The notes below the pieces were generated by a model. It was given only the letters and a program-made list of their open reading frames with translations, was not told the DNA's origin and searched no databases. The position numbers and the translations under genes are program-made. Of a stretch of DNA of 64,000 bases, positions 26,757 through 40,329 are shown in pieces. The DNA is from Eledone cirrhosa (lineage: Eukaryota), in assembly GCA_964016885.1 (NCBI GenBank), contig OZ024740.1:437844001-437908000 (forward strand), written 5' to 3'. Within the stretch, counting starts at the first letter, position 1, and every line of letters begins with the position of its first letter.

Positions 26757-26803
26757 CTTCTACAGGACTAGAACTGTTTCATTCAAAAGAAATCATCAGG
26801 AAA
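26757..26803 (-). ncRNA. Type I hammerhead ribozyme motif (probable solo PLE terminus)
   Basis: TTTC CTGATGA T TTC-TTTT-GAA T GAAA CAG-TTCTAGTC-CTG TA GAAG. Canonical core boxes, three stems and a GUA cleavage triplet. Stem II is weak. Confidence 0.65.
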
Positions 26804-26951
26804 GTTGTGTTGTGTACGTTATTAACTGTGGTTACTCCCGATTGAACCCGGGACTCACACACACACACACACACTTATGTAAAGGGCTGGTCTACAGTAA
26901 ATCAACAAAAATAATACTATTAGAAAAACATTTTTGAAAAAAAAAACTTAC

Positions 26952-27060
26952 GTAATGGAAAGTTTTGTTTTGAAGTACTAATGAGATTTCTAAATTAATT
27001 CAAATATGTTTCGATAATATATCTAGAGTGTACATAGATTCGCCTATGATAGAAACATAC
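26952..27060 (-). other. Candidate non-coding first exon of the IRF gene
   Basis: Begins about 30 nt downstream of TATAAAA and ends at CATTAC|GTAAGT. The ATG-containing exon has an acceptor, so an upstream exon is required. Confidence 0.5.
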
Positions 27061-27082
27061 TACGAAGATCCGGGTTGTTACG

Positions 27083-27164
27083 TTTTATAAATACCTGTTA
27101 GTTTCAGTTTCAACTAATTTCCCCGAATTGTGGGGAAAATCTTTTTCTTTTGAAATGATGTAAT
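27083..27164 (-). promoter_or_regulatory. Candidate IRF promoter: TATA, ISRE, GAS, kB-like and C/EBP-ATF-like sites
   Basis: TATAAAA on the minus strand (27083-27089), AGTTTCAGTTTC (27100-27111), TTCCCCGAA (27119-27127), GGGGAAAATC (27132-27141), TGATGTAAT (27156-27164). Confidence 0.6.
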
Positions 27165-27611
27165 CATACTATGTAGAGCGCCTATGGTTGTATACGCCTA
27201 CGTTTGTGTATATCTAAATATGTCATGTATGCTAACTCATATATATATGTACGAGTATATATAAATATGTCATGTAAGCTAACTCATATATACATACATA
27301 CGGTTGTTTTTGTTCATACGTAACACGTAATCTATATATATAAAATTTGTCTGAGTGTGTGTCCTCATTTTTGCAAAGTCTATACAAATCCACATTTCTA
27401 CTCGGATTGACTTCAAACTTGTATTTATATATTCCTTGCGGGCTAAAGATATTAACTGCAGCTTTTATTTTTCAATGTTCTGTTGTTAAAGGGGTGTAAG
27501 GCGCCGGTTATCGATCTCCGTCGAGCCCTTATAATATCTGTCTGTATGTCTGACTGTCTGCATTAAACATACTGACGAACACGTCATTGCTGACGTATTA
27601 TCTTCGCTACA

Positions 27612-27876
<265 letters not shown>

Positions 27877-28074
27877 TTATTAAAATAACAGATTAAAGTT
27901 TAAGCAATGAATCGCTGCTTTAACCCTTAACAGGATCTTCTGAAACTAAAAAAATCAATCTGTGAACGCAGAAGTAAATATTTCGAAAAACGTTGCAACC
28001 AAAGGAAGACAGGAAAACGATACTTTGGTTTGTGGAGACATTCTTTGGCAATGAACGGAAAAAAAGCGAACATA

Positions 28075-28960
28075 AGTCCTACGCAATCTGTGTTTGCATG
28101 CGGTTACCAGTTCGTCTTTCTCGAAAACTTACCTCGCCCTCAAACCCCATAACGACCCGGGTGGGTAGACAGGGGCTGATACTCCCCCCACCCACTTGCT
28201 GAATAAGTTCGGGGAAACCCCAGCTTACTTATGTAGATGTATCTCTTTTCTTTTCCTCTTTGTCTTCTTCTTCCCCCTGTCTCATCCTATCACTTCCTTC
28301 CACCCCCTATTTTCTTCCTCGTCTGCTTTTCCCCTTTCGCCTATCCCGATGCAGCCCATTGGGCCTCTGTAGCATCAGTTTCCCCACCCCTGTAATTTTA
28401 AGATAGAATTGGCCGAATACGTTTTGCTAACTACTTATATCAGATGTGTTAAACCCCTTTAATTTTGTATCAGTTCTGGTACTACTCAATTTCTACAAGT
28501 TTTTTTTATTCTCAACTTATTAAGCTGTAATTGTAAAATAGGATTGTGATTTTTTTTATTCATTTCTCACTATATATATATATATTTTTTTTTTCTATTA
28601 TCTTTTATTGTCTCCTACTCTCATTCGATTTACCTATTCTATAACCACCCTCCTCCACTTCATACACTATCCTTAGAATCTGCTGTATACATATCACTTT
28701 CAACGCTTGACCGCTCCACTCACACCCCTATTGTTCTACAGGCAAGTTCAGCCGCCCCTACCTCCCACCAAATGCCATGATAGACTTATTTGTGTTTACA
28801 ACAAATTTTAACCAATCCTCTTGACAACTACAATCTTCCCATATAAGGAAGTACCCCCTTGACAAGTTCGGCTATTTATTCACCAGGCTAAAAATTCTAA
28901 TTTAGTCCAGAAATAGCCGTCGAAACGGCTTGAGCTCTGCCGTCGGGGTCATACTTTTTA
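28075..28960 (+). mobile_element. Penelope-like 3' end / pseudo-LTR (same family as 14643-16504)
   Basis: Reverse-complement match to 14725-15654. The first ~45 bp are inverted relative to the rest. Confidence 0.8.
28853..28949 (+). ncRNA. Variant hammerhead ribozyme (UUGACAA core, long stem II)
   Basis: Stem I CCCC/GGGG, stem II CGGCTATTT/AAATAGCCG, GAAA, stem III ACGGC/GCCGT, GUC triplet. Confidence 0.65.
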
Positions 28961-29054
28961 CTATATAGTTATATATATATTTATATATATATTTATATTT
29001 ATATTTATATCATCATCATCATCATCATCATCATCATATATATATATTTATATT

Positions 29055-29834
29055 TATGATGCCTGCATACGAACAGCAATGTGAGACTTGGGCATTGTGT
29101 GCAGGATCTACGCAGACTGGAGAGGAACGAAGCTTGCATGCTCCATTGGATGTGAACGGCAAAGCATAAATGAACTAAGTGAGAAATTAGGAATAAGAGG
29201 GATCAGATGCTGTTTACTCGAGAGAAGATTACGTTGGTATGGTCACGTGATGCGCATGAAGGACGACAGCTGTATAAAAAAGTGCAGGGCGATCAAAATA
29301 GACGGTAGCCACGGAGTAGGCAGATCCAGAAAAACCTGGGACGACTTGATAAATTCCGACCTCACACACTTACACCTCTCCAAGACAATGTCACTGGACC
29401 GAGATCTTTGGCGCTACACAGTACAACAGAAGACCCGCCTTACCTAAGTGCAAAGCGAAACCTACAGTCAGTAGGCACCTCTTACCAAAATACACCCCGT
29501 CCCACTACCCCCACCCCATCTACACCACCCCCTTCGATGTAAAGTTATGTTGGTACCACAACATCCAGTCCTAAATAAATGAGGTCATGTAGGTGTCACG
29601 ACAAAAAAAAACACAGTCCACGCTGTAATGTGGCCGTGTAGGTAACACGGTAAAAACCTCCCAGTCCACACTGTAAACGTGGTTGGTGTTAGGAGGGGCA
29701 TCCAGCCATACTAAACCCGCCAGACAGTCCTATAAAAGCAAGACAACCAAACTTGCCTCAAGTTGGAATATTCCCGTCCAAACCTATGCTAGCGTGGAAG
29801 ATGGACGTTAAACGATGATGATGATGATGATGAT
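29055..29834 (+). mobile_element. RTE LINE 3' fragment
   Basis: ERRLRWYGHVMRM...GRSRKTW and an (ATG)n tail. Near-identical to 49555-50289. Confidence 0.85.
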
Positions 29835-29846
29835 TATATATATTGA

Positions 29847-29877
<31 letters not shown>

Positions 29878-29989
29878 TTTGTTGTTGATGAATTGTTTTC
29901 TTTACTTGTGGATATAAATTATATTTTATTCACAGTTATATAAAAAGAAATATGATTGATACAACAACATTACAAATCGTTTGCAATTC

Positions 29990-30925
29990 TTACAGAATGA
30001 AAATATAAACAGCATATAAATAAATTTACAGTAGAATAACATAACAAATATGTTTTAAATATATACATAAATAACATTACAAATGCTTCAATAACATTAT
30101 AAATAGCTCGCAATTCATTCAGAAAGATATATTCTTTTAATGTTATAATATTAAAGAAAATGTAAAGGAAGGGGTGAACAACCGAGCTAACACTAGAGCA
30201 AAAGACGGCAACGTCGCGAGGAGTACAGGGCAACCTCTCTAATGATTTTTGAGGCAAACCAGCACACTCGCAGCGTTGCCTCGGGTAATGGCGAGGCTGA
30301 TGCACTGAAACAGCCAAGCGCACCTCGCGAGATTGGCCAGTTACCTCTATTAGGCGAGCCGCCAGTGAAGAGAGGAACCCCGCAGTCAGCGGCCTGACTC
30401 CCCCAAACGTCTCGTAAGCCACAGGCTGAAAAATGTAGCTGGCCGACAGATCAGCGTATTTGAGGGTCTTACTCCGCTCGGTTGCAGAAGCTGTGGCTCT
30501 CGTCCTAACCGCAGCATCCAGGATGTGGGAAAGAGCAAAAGAGTCACTAACAGTGAGGTCCGTGACAAGGTACCTGCCTCTCCACCAGGGGCACATGGTA
30601 AGGCCGTCAGGTCTTTTGCCGTCACTTCTGGACAACCCAGATGGTTCCAAGACTGAGGGGATATTCGCCCGGGCCAAAGCTCTCTTCAGAATGAGGTTTA
30701 GCTCCATGTGACGCGCAAAGCAGCCGGCATTCAGATGGAAAGAAAGACCATGGAGGCCTGTGGGGTCGAGGAGTTTTCCGCATCGGCACCTCAAACCCAT
30801 GCAGACATCAGCACCCACTCTGAGGGTGATGGAGACACAAAGTTCATCCAGGCTGAGTAGGCCACCAACATTGGCCACGGGTAGGGCATCAACACAGTCG
30901 CCTGAGTATTTGCCGCTGGCAGATA
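29990..30925 (-). mobile_element. CRE-like non-LTR retrotransposon 3' part (zinc knuckle + restriction-like endonuclease)
   Basis: CRCG...HGL...RH knuckle, EPSGLSRSDGKRPDGLT..PW..G..LVTDLTV, and FQPVAYETFG. Confidence 0.82.
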
Positions 30926-32232
30926 GTAATTTAATATAATTAATATAATTAATAAAATATAATATAGTTTAATATAATTAATATAATATAATATAATATA
31001 ATATAATACGATATATTATAATATAATATAATTGTTTCTACTTTTGGCACAAGGCCAGCAAATACCCAGTACATTACTGGTACTTTATTTTATCGACCCC
31101 GTAAGGATGAAAGGCAAAGTTAACCGCGATGCGATGTGATCCGATGCGATGCGGTGCGGTGCCTCATTTTACGTCCACTTCTCCCTACTTGCAAGGGTGG
31201 GACGGGAACTGATTCTGGCTTGATTTCTACACTAATTTATATAATTATTATAATATATTATATTATATTATATTATAATATAATATAATATAATATAATT
31301 AATATAAATAATATAATATAATATAATATAATATAAAATAATTAATATAATTTATATAATTATTATAATATAATTGTTTCTACTTTTAGCACAAGGCCAG
31401 CAATTACCCAGTGCATTACTGGTACTTTATTTTATCGAACCCGTAAGGATGAAAGGCAAAGTTAACCTTGGTGGGATTTGAACTCAGATCATAAAGGGAC
31501 GTAATTATGTTTGAAAGCATGGCGTCCGACCCTCTACCGATACTGCCAAAATTAATATAATACAATATAATATAATATATTATAATATAACATAATATAA
31601 TATAATATAATATAATATAATATAATATAATATAACTAATATAATTAATATAATATAATTAATATAATATAATATAATATAATTATTATAATTAATATAA
31701 TATAATATAATATAATATAGTATAATATAATTGATATAATTGATATAATATAATATAATATAATTAATATAATTAACATAATATAATATAATATAATATA
31801 ATTAATATAATTATTATAATATAATATAATATAATTAATATAATTAATATAATATAATATAATTAATATAAATGATATAATTAATATAATATAATTATTA
31901 GAATTATTTTAATATAATATAATATAATATAATTAATATAAATAATATAATTAATATAATATAATATAATATAATTAATATAATTAATATAATTTATATA
32001 ATTATTATAATATTATTGTTTCTACTTTTGGCACAAGGCCAGCAATTAACCAGTGCATTACTGGTACTTTATTTTATCGACCCCGTAAGGATGAAAGGCA
32101 AAGTTAATCTTGGCGGGATTTGAACTCAGATCATAAAGGGACGTAATTATGCTAGAAGGCATGGCGTCCGACCCTCTACCGATACTGCCAAAATTAATAT
32201 AATTGTTTCTATTTTAGGCACAAGGCCAGCAA

Positions 32233-34628
32233 TACACCTTCTACCCTCGTACATGGGTAGAAGGACACAAAAAATAAAAATTCACACCATCCTTCCGATT
32301 ATGGACATATGGTGGGCATTGACAGGTTTCCTGGACCTAGACGATGACACACTAATGTCCATGGGAAAGGCATCGGGTGACGCGTTCAGTGGAACGGGCA
32401 CCGAACTTGTAGTTCAAATGAGGCCCGAAAGGATCGCCCAGATCTCTGAACGCATCATACTGGATGATCAAACTTTTATCAACATTACCGTTGAGGGTAG
32501 GCGGCCCTCGTGTTACCTCTGTGGAGCCAGAGGTCACCTGAGGGCTGTCTGTCCTCAACTTAAAAAGAAAACCCCAATCCTGCCTGCACAACCAACACAA
32601 TCACCACAACCACCACTACAAAAACAACAACCACAGCTCAAACCAAAACAAAACACTATCCAACCCATCCCCCCCCACTAAAAAAAAACAATTTCCAAAA
32701 CACCTGCACCGCAAACACAACCCGAAAATCTACCCCTCCCCTCCAACGCGGAAGATGACCCTCGTTCGTCGTCAGACAAGGAGGAGCACTTCCACACAAT
32801 CAAAAGAAAAAAAAGAAAACACACCTCAGACACACAAATGAAAACAACCCCTCCCCAAAACATAACACAGACACCAACACAAAAGAACACACAACAACAG
32901 CAAACAAAAAACACCACACAAAAACAAAAACATGCATACACATACATAAACACAAGAAATAAAAAACTGCTAAACATTGTATACAACAACAATTTAGTAA
33001 AAGCCCAAGGGCCTAACTTCACACAGGCAGGGGTTTTCCCCCACCTCAAAATGATTAAGGCCCCAGAGGACACTTATAAAACACTAAAAAACAACTTTAA
33101 AGATAACGTGCCCCCCCCCCCCCCCCCCCCCCGCGTCGGGCCCATTAACCGCGTCCTCCTAAAAAACTTCCCCACCTCCTCCCCAAACACCCACACAACT
33201 CCAAACACCCCAACCACACAACATACTGATGCTCCTACACTTCCACAAACCACCACCCCACCCAACAACCCATCCCCCACCCTCATGGAAATTGTGCAGC
33301 CCGATACCCGGGACGCAGAGAGGTAAGTGCCTTTTCTCTTCACCACCAACATGGCTATGCTAAGAGTAGGCTGTCTAAATGCGCGTGGCCTGGGCTCAAC
33401 TTGGAAGCAAGCAATGCTTCTAAATGACCTCAGGTCACAACATATAGATGTGATGGTTATTTGCGAGGCCCGGATCAGCAACGTGCGACAACTGGCCCCT
33501 ACCTATGATGACTTTGAGATGCACGCATCTCTCTGTCAGCCCGGAGGTGGGGGTGAGGTTGTCGTTCTGCTGCAAAAACATCTGGGTCTCGCAACACAGA
33601 CGGTACATTTGGACCCGGAGGGTCGACTAGTGGTTCTGGACCTTGGCAGTGGTGAAGGCGGAGCGTTTAGGCTGGTAGCCGTCTACGGCCCTTTCAGGTC
33701 AACGCAGCCGGACTTCTTCCATCGTCTGGAGACTTTTCTAGGGATGTCCCGCTCCTTGCTATTAGTGGGGGACTGGAATGGTATCCTAGATGCACGTTGG
33801 GACTATGTAGGGGCCTGTCCCGATAGAGATGGGTGTAACAGCCTCAAAGGGTTAATCGGTCGATTTGACCTGGCCGATAGATATCGACTAGATTTTCCGA
33901 CTGCGCCAACCTGGACATGGGCGAACCTCAGCGGATCATCTAGGTCGTACCTAGATAGGTTCTTAGTTAGAAATAAGGATAAGGACTTTTTAAGTTGTCC
34001 AAAAATGCTCATGGCTGGCTATTCAGCTCACAAGTTAGTGACCTGCATTGTAAACCTTGGCAGAACGCATAGACAGGGACCCGGTTACTGGAAGCTCAAC
34101 TTGTCCATACCGGCAAGTAAGGCTTACAGGGACCGGATTAACACTTTAGTTAAGGAGCGGTTGACGGGTGCCATCGTCAACAGCAGGTGGTGGGGATATC
34201 TCAAAAGAGAGATTAGAGTAGTCTCTATAGAATTTAGTAAGGAGTTAGCTTCAAATAGAAATAGGAAGGAAAGGGAGTTGGTAGATAATGTAGAAGAGGC
34301 AATTAGAAGCGGCGACGTGGCCAGAGTGCTAGCGTCGAGAACAGCCCTGGGCCAGTTCTTCGACGCGAAACACGAAGGCTGCATCGTCCGAAGCAAAATA
34401 CATGCTCTGGGAAACGAGGAGACCAAAGCTCTTAGCTGGGCCCGTGTGACAGAAGCCAAAAGAGGGAGTAGATCCACTATCCGGCCTTTGCGAGACCAGG
34501 ATGGACAGGTGATCCTTGAGCCTAAGCAGATGTGCGAGGCTTTTCAAAAGCACTTTGCCAGATTGTTCGGAAGGGGCGGGGAACCGGTTGGGGAAGTGGA
34601 CTTCGGTCCATACCTCGACAGCCTCTGT
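32233..34628 (+). mobile_element. L1/Tx1-clade LINE fragment (ORF1 zinc knuckle + ORF2 APE), lacking RT
   Basis: CYLCGARGHLRAVC in ORF1. LRVGCLNARGL, VGDWNGILD, SRSYLDRFLV and GPGYWKLN in ORF2 (33327-34643). Ends abruptly in (AATAT)n. Confidence 0.88.
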
Positions 34629-35138
34629 TATAATATAATATAATATAACTAATATAATATAATATAATATAATATAATTAATATAATTAATATAATATAG
34701 TATAATATAATATTACATAATATAATTAATATAATTACTATAATATAATATAATATAATTAATATAATCATTATAATATAATATAATTAATATAAATGAT
34801 ATAATTAATATAATATAATATAATATAATATAATATAGTATAATATACTTAATATGATTAATATAATTAATATAATATAATTAATATAAATAATATAATT
34901 ATTATAATTATTATAATTATTATAATATAATTAAAAATATGATATAGTTGTTTCTATTTTTCGCAGAAGGCCAGCAAGGATGAAAGGCAAAGTTAACCTC
35001 GGCAGGATTTGAACTCAGATCATAAAGGGACATAACTCTATGCTTCAAAGCATGGCGTCCGACTCTCTACATAACATAACATAACATAACATAACATAAC
35101 ATAACAATATAATATAATATAATATAATATTAATATAA

Positions 35139-35616
35139 TATGGAGTTTCTGCCTACTCCTTTCCTACACACTGAGCATGGCCATTTCCCAGAGGGGACCA
35201 GTGCCCTATTTTCCTTCCTACATACTAGAACTTTAGTCTTAGACAAGTTAATTTTAAGGCCTTTTGATTCTAGGCCATGCTTCCAAGTTTGGAATTTCTT
35301 CTCTAGTTCAGCCATTGATTCAGCTATGAGCGTTAGATCATCTGCGTATAGAAGTTCCCATGGGCAGCCGGTCTTGAAATCCCCTGTTATAGCCTGAAGG
35401 GCAATAATAAATAGGAAGGGGCTAAGGACAGAGCCCTGATGAACACCGACTTTTATGCTAAATTCTTCACTATATTCGTTGTTAATTCTAACCTTGCTGA
35501 CTCTTTCTTTATACATGGCTTGCTTAGCTCTCACGAGCCATTCATCAACACCTAGTTTTCTAAGAGCCCACCAGATAATGGAGTGAGGGGACTCTGTCAA
35601 AGGCTTTCTCCAAAAG
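35139..35616 (-). mobile_element. RTE RT fragment
   Basis: VGVHQGSVLSPFLF...ELLYADDL. Confidence 0.88.
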
Positions 35617-36022
35617 CTAATATAATTAATATAATTGTTTCTACTTTTTTGGCACAAGGCCAGCAATTACCCAGTCCATTACTGGTACTTTATTTTATCG
35701 ACCCCGTAAGGATGAAAGGCAATATAATATAATATAATATAATTAATATAATATAATATAATATAATTAATAGAATTAATATAATATAATATAATATAAT
35801 ATAATTGTTTCTACGTTAAATAATTGTTTCTACTTTTGGCACATAATTGTTTCTACTTTTGGCACAATTACCCAATGGATTACTGGTACTTTATTTTATC
35901 GACCCCGTAAGGATGAAAGGCAAAGTTACCCTCGGCAGGATTTGAACTCAGAATGGCAAGGGCCGTAACTCTATGCGTCAAAGCATGGCGTCCGACCCTC
36001 TACCGATACTGCCAATCCACTA

Positions 36023-36185
36023 TGATATGATATATGATATGATATGATATGATATGACATGACATGACATGACATGACATGACATGACATGACATGACAT
36101 GACATGACATGACATGACATGACATGACATGACATGACATGACATGACATGACATGACATGACATGACATGACATGACATGACAT
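36023..36185. repeat. (GATAT)n-(GACAT)n pentanucleotide repeat
   Basis: Direct reading. Source of the spurious MSCHV ORFs. Confidence 0.95.
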
Positions 36186-36252
36186 AATTGTTTCTACTTT
36201 AGGCACAAGGCCAGCAATTACCCAGTGCATTACTGGTACTTTATTTTATCGA

Positions 36253-39200
36253 TAGGATTATTACCATGGTTTGGACGGTTAGATTCAGAAAAGCACCGCG
36301 AAACCCTGACAGAAGTGCATTCCTGTCTGGGCTTGCATCTGTAAAAAAATATCAGGAATAGCCCTGGCATCATCGTACCAGCCGATAAAACAGGAAACAT
36401 CTACAATTTGGAGTACAAAATCTACAAGAAATGCATTACAAACGAAATAGCTAAAATATACAAAACATCAACACGGGAAAACCTAGCACACATAAACAAA
36501 CAGGCGAAAACAATAATGACGGAACTGAGCATAGATGACAGGACTCAACCCTACAACCCTAGGACACCGAGGCTATCTATTAAAGACCATAAACCGGACT
36601 TTCAGTCAAAACTACCAGTCAGACTCATAGCCCCCTCTAAATCAGACCTAGGTAGACTAAGCAAATCTATCATTGACCGGGTTATACCAGAACTTAGAAG
36701 TAGAACTAAACTAAGCCTCTGGTCATGTACAAAAGAGGTAATCGACTGGTTTTGCGGCATTGAAACTAAGTCAAATGGACATTGTGAACTACTACACCAC
36801 TATATCTCCAATCATCCTTAACAAGGCACTGATCTAAGCCATGAACGGATCAAGCCTCACTAGAAAGGAGGTGGACATCATACTAGTAGCTAGGAAAACT
36901 TTACTAGAATTTGACGGTAAATTGTGGGACGACAGAATAGACTAGATAGCTTCGACATTACTATGGGATCGACTGACTCCGCGCAGGTTACCGATTTAGT
37001 AGGCCTATACCTCCTAAATATATTAACAGACGAGATCCCCTCCTTGGGCGGTGGCTTATACTGCGACGATGCCCTACTCATGACTCGTGGACTCAATAAT
37101 AGCCAATTAGATAGACTACACAAACGACTTAGATATATCTTTAAGACCCAAGGATTAGCAGTAGAAATAGAACCTAACAGTAGGACAGTAAACTTTTTAG
37201 ATGTCACTGGAATTAGACATAGGTCACTACCACCCATACCATAAACCTAATGAAAACCTTAAATACGTCAACAGACACTCCAACCACCCTACGACCATAA
37301 TTAACTCAATAGTTAAAAGCGTTTCCTATAGAGTGTCCACCCTGTCGGCAAATAGAACTATCTTCAACCAGCACGCGGAATAATACAACTCCGCACTTGA
37401 AAAGGCTGGTTACATTGGGAAGATATCTTACAATGACCCAACTAGAACCGTAACGCCGCTAAACATAATCAGACCCTTATAAACAAACATAGACGAGGAC
37501 ACCACACCTAGAACAAATAATAACCTAAGACCCTCTTTAGCCGGCAGGGCATGCAGCGTTACACACAACTGCCAAGGAGATAAAACTATACTCGCCAACC
37601 CCAATAAGGACTCTGATTATAGCACGCGTTTACGTAGTAATAGAGACCCGAGACATAACTCCAATAGAATACTAGGAACCCCTATGACAAATACGCCTGA
37701 CCAAAACACACCCACGCAACCATCTAACCACAAAAACTACACTAAACACCGTAAAGCCCGAAGTAGACCTGTCACATGGTACAACCGTATTCTATACACG
37801 TTGCCACCAATATACCGGGAACCTTCTTCGGGGCTCTCGACACAATCCTTTCCACACATACATAAATACCACAAGCTCTTCAATAGACACACTGTAAAAT
37901 TCTCTTTCTCCACAGCACCAAATCTAGGCCACACAATAGCACGCACTAATAGGAATAGGACAAAAATACGCAAACACATGGTTACCCCACAACAAACCAT
38001 TACCACATACACAACACAACAACCCACATGCCAGCTCCACACAGCATGCGACAAACCGACAACGTGCCACCACACCGGTAACCCCCAATTGCAACTGTAA
38101 AAAACGGGTAGAATGCCCACTAAACGGGGAGTGCCTCGTTAAAAACATTATTTACCGGTGTGATGTCACAGCTGGTAATTAAGTGTACTCATATATAGGT
38201 GCGACCTCCACTACGTTTAAGGAGCGCTGGTATAACCATAGAAGCTCCTTTAAACATAGGCTGAAACGATCCCAAACTAGACTGGCCGATTTGATCTGGC
38301 ACCTCAAAGACAAGAACATTGAATTCCAGATCATATGGTCAGTCAAAAGACGCGTGGCCCAACTCCCCAGTGACAGAAACGACTGCAGGTTATGCCTGGC
38401 CGAGGCGGCTGAGATAATTAAATTAAAATCTGCCATAAACTATAGGTCGGACATAATTATCAATTGTAGACACACCAGGTTGAACACCTTCTCTGCACAA
38501 ACATTCGGCGGAGGACCGTACACTAACCATGACTCAACATAGTAATAACCAACTTTGCCTTGCCTCACCGTCCCTCATCTCAGTGTATTTGTTTTATAAC
38601 ATGTAACCCTTTGTAAGTTCAAATTTTGTATATATCATGCCGCATCCACCAGCCCCATTAAAAGACACATCGCCATACACCCCTCATCTTAGTACCATTG
38701 TGTTCTATCTGTCCTCTCTGTCAGGTTTTACCTTGTAAACCATAGTAGCATCCGATCTTGTAAATATAATATCGATCATATCACCCCATCGCCACCACCA
38801 CCACCACCACCACCACCACACACATCGCTATATGTATACCATCCCTCATCCACAACCTTGTTTCCCCGTGTTCCCTCTGTCATTTTTTAACCTACAATCC
38901 TTCGTAAAATTCGATCCTGTAAATATACTGTCGCACACACCACCATCGCCACCACTAGATACATCTCCATACTTCAACAATCATTAACATCATTAACATC
39001 ACCAACATCATCCCTCCCTCTCTGAACCACTGTGTTATATCTGCCCTCTCTGTAAGCTTTACCCTATAAACCACCGTAACATCTGATCATGTAAATATAT
39101 TGTTGAACATATCACCCCATCGCCACCACCCCACCATGACCACACACATCGCTATATGTTCACAAACTTGTTTTCCCCGTGTTCCCTATGTCACTTTTTA

Positions 39201-40080
39201 ACCTGTAACCCATCGTAAAATTCGATCCTGTATATTTTTTGTCGCACACAAGACCTACACCGCCACCATAAGGCACATCCCCATACTTCAACAATCATTA
39301 ACATCACCAACACATATCCCCCCCCCTAAACAACGCAAGCGTGTGTCTGTGTGTAAGTATATTTATATGTACAACGCCAACTCCATTCGTTCTCCCCTCT
39401 TTCTATGTACTATGCCATCTCCACTGACTCTCCCCCTCTCTATACACACATATATATATATACACATGTGTATGTATACAACGTTTTTGTCAGACTGTGT
39501 CTATGTATGTATCTCCTTATTGTATTTGACACCACCTACACATCCACCACACCACCATAAACACCATTACCACAAACAACAACACCACACCAACACCACA
39601 CACAAAAATCAACCACAAATATATGCCAATCTGTCTACCGACTATCCCCCCGCACACACACACACCACAGCCCACCTCAGCCTGCGACCGTCACCACCAT
39701 CTTATCATCACATCCACCCCCACATGCACTCCAGGCAAAAACATCCGTATGATCTATTCCGCCAATCAAAACAATCTTTATTGACCAACATAGGAACTTC
39801 TGACTTTATCATATAGCATGTATTCATTTTCTACTAGCATTTCAAGGGATCTGTCGAGCTGCAGATTACAGAGTCGGTTAAGATCAATACAGATCGAACC
39901 TTGAGCTGATCAGTGGCGAAACGCGCGTCACCAACCAATAAATGTAATGAAGGAGTAACCAATCGTCCTTGTTATCTTTTCAATATAATACACTCTGTAT
40001 AGCTCTACACCTCGACACAGAAGTGAACCTAAACATCAAGTGCTCACCCGGGTGAACCTACAGTAACTCCAAGTTACACT
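36253..40080 (+). mobile_element. Penelope-like element, degenerate (RT + C-terminal GIY-YIG + long 3' region)
   Basis: PADKTGNIY, FDITMGSTDSAQV, GLYCDD, VNFLDV, YHKPN; IIYRC...YIGATSTTFKERWYNH, CRLCLAE. Internal ~350-bp duplication at 38690-39320. Confidence 0.88.
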
Positions 40081-40329
40081 CCCTATATATATATATATAT
40101 ATATTAGTTTTGCAAGGTTTTTGATATGAAATCGTGTGTCGAAACAAATATTGTTATACTTGGGGAGGGTCATATTTGTGTAATAATATTGCCAGAATTA
40201 ATAACAGAATACACTCACTGTTTGGTTGGTTTTCGCTTCTGTATCTTTTATATCAGTTAATTTAATTTATTCGGTCCTCAATGTTACCATTGACTGACCA
40301 ATGGTTAAAAATACAGATATAATATAGAC

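Larger units (their letters stand above)
30926..36252. repeat. (AATAT)n pentamer field containing about 10 co-oriented SINE copies or fragments
   Basis: Minus-strand SINE pieces begin near 31030, 31370, 32013, 32200, 34948, 35632, 35801, 35820, 35843 and 36185, separated mostly by pentamer repeats. Confidence 0.88.

Noticed and set aside
27331-27500. Helitron-like 5' end (TCTATATATATAAAA)
   Set aside because: No matching 3' hairpin or CTAG terminus found. Too weak to call.
35971-36230. MSCHV repeat protein
   Set aside because: It is the translation of (GACAT)n flanked by SINEs.
39906-39932. Hammerhead at the end of the 36-40 kb PLE
   Set aside because: GAAACGCGCGTC is suggestive, but the upstream CTGATCA breaks the 3-8 pair and stems I and II cannot be formed. 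Not called.
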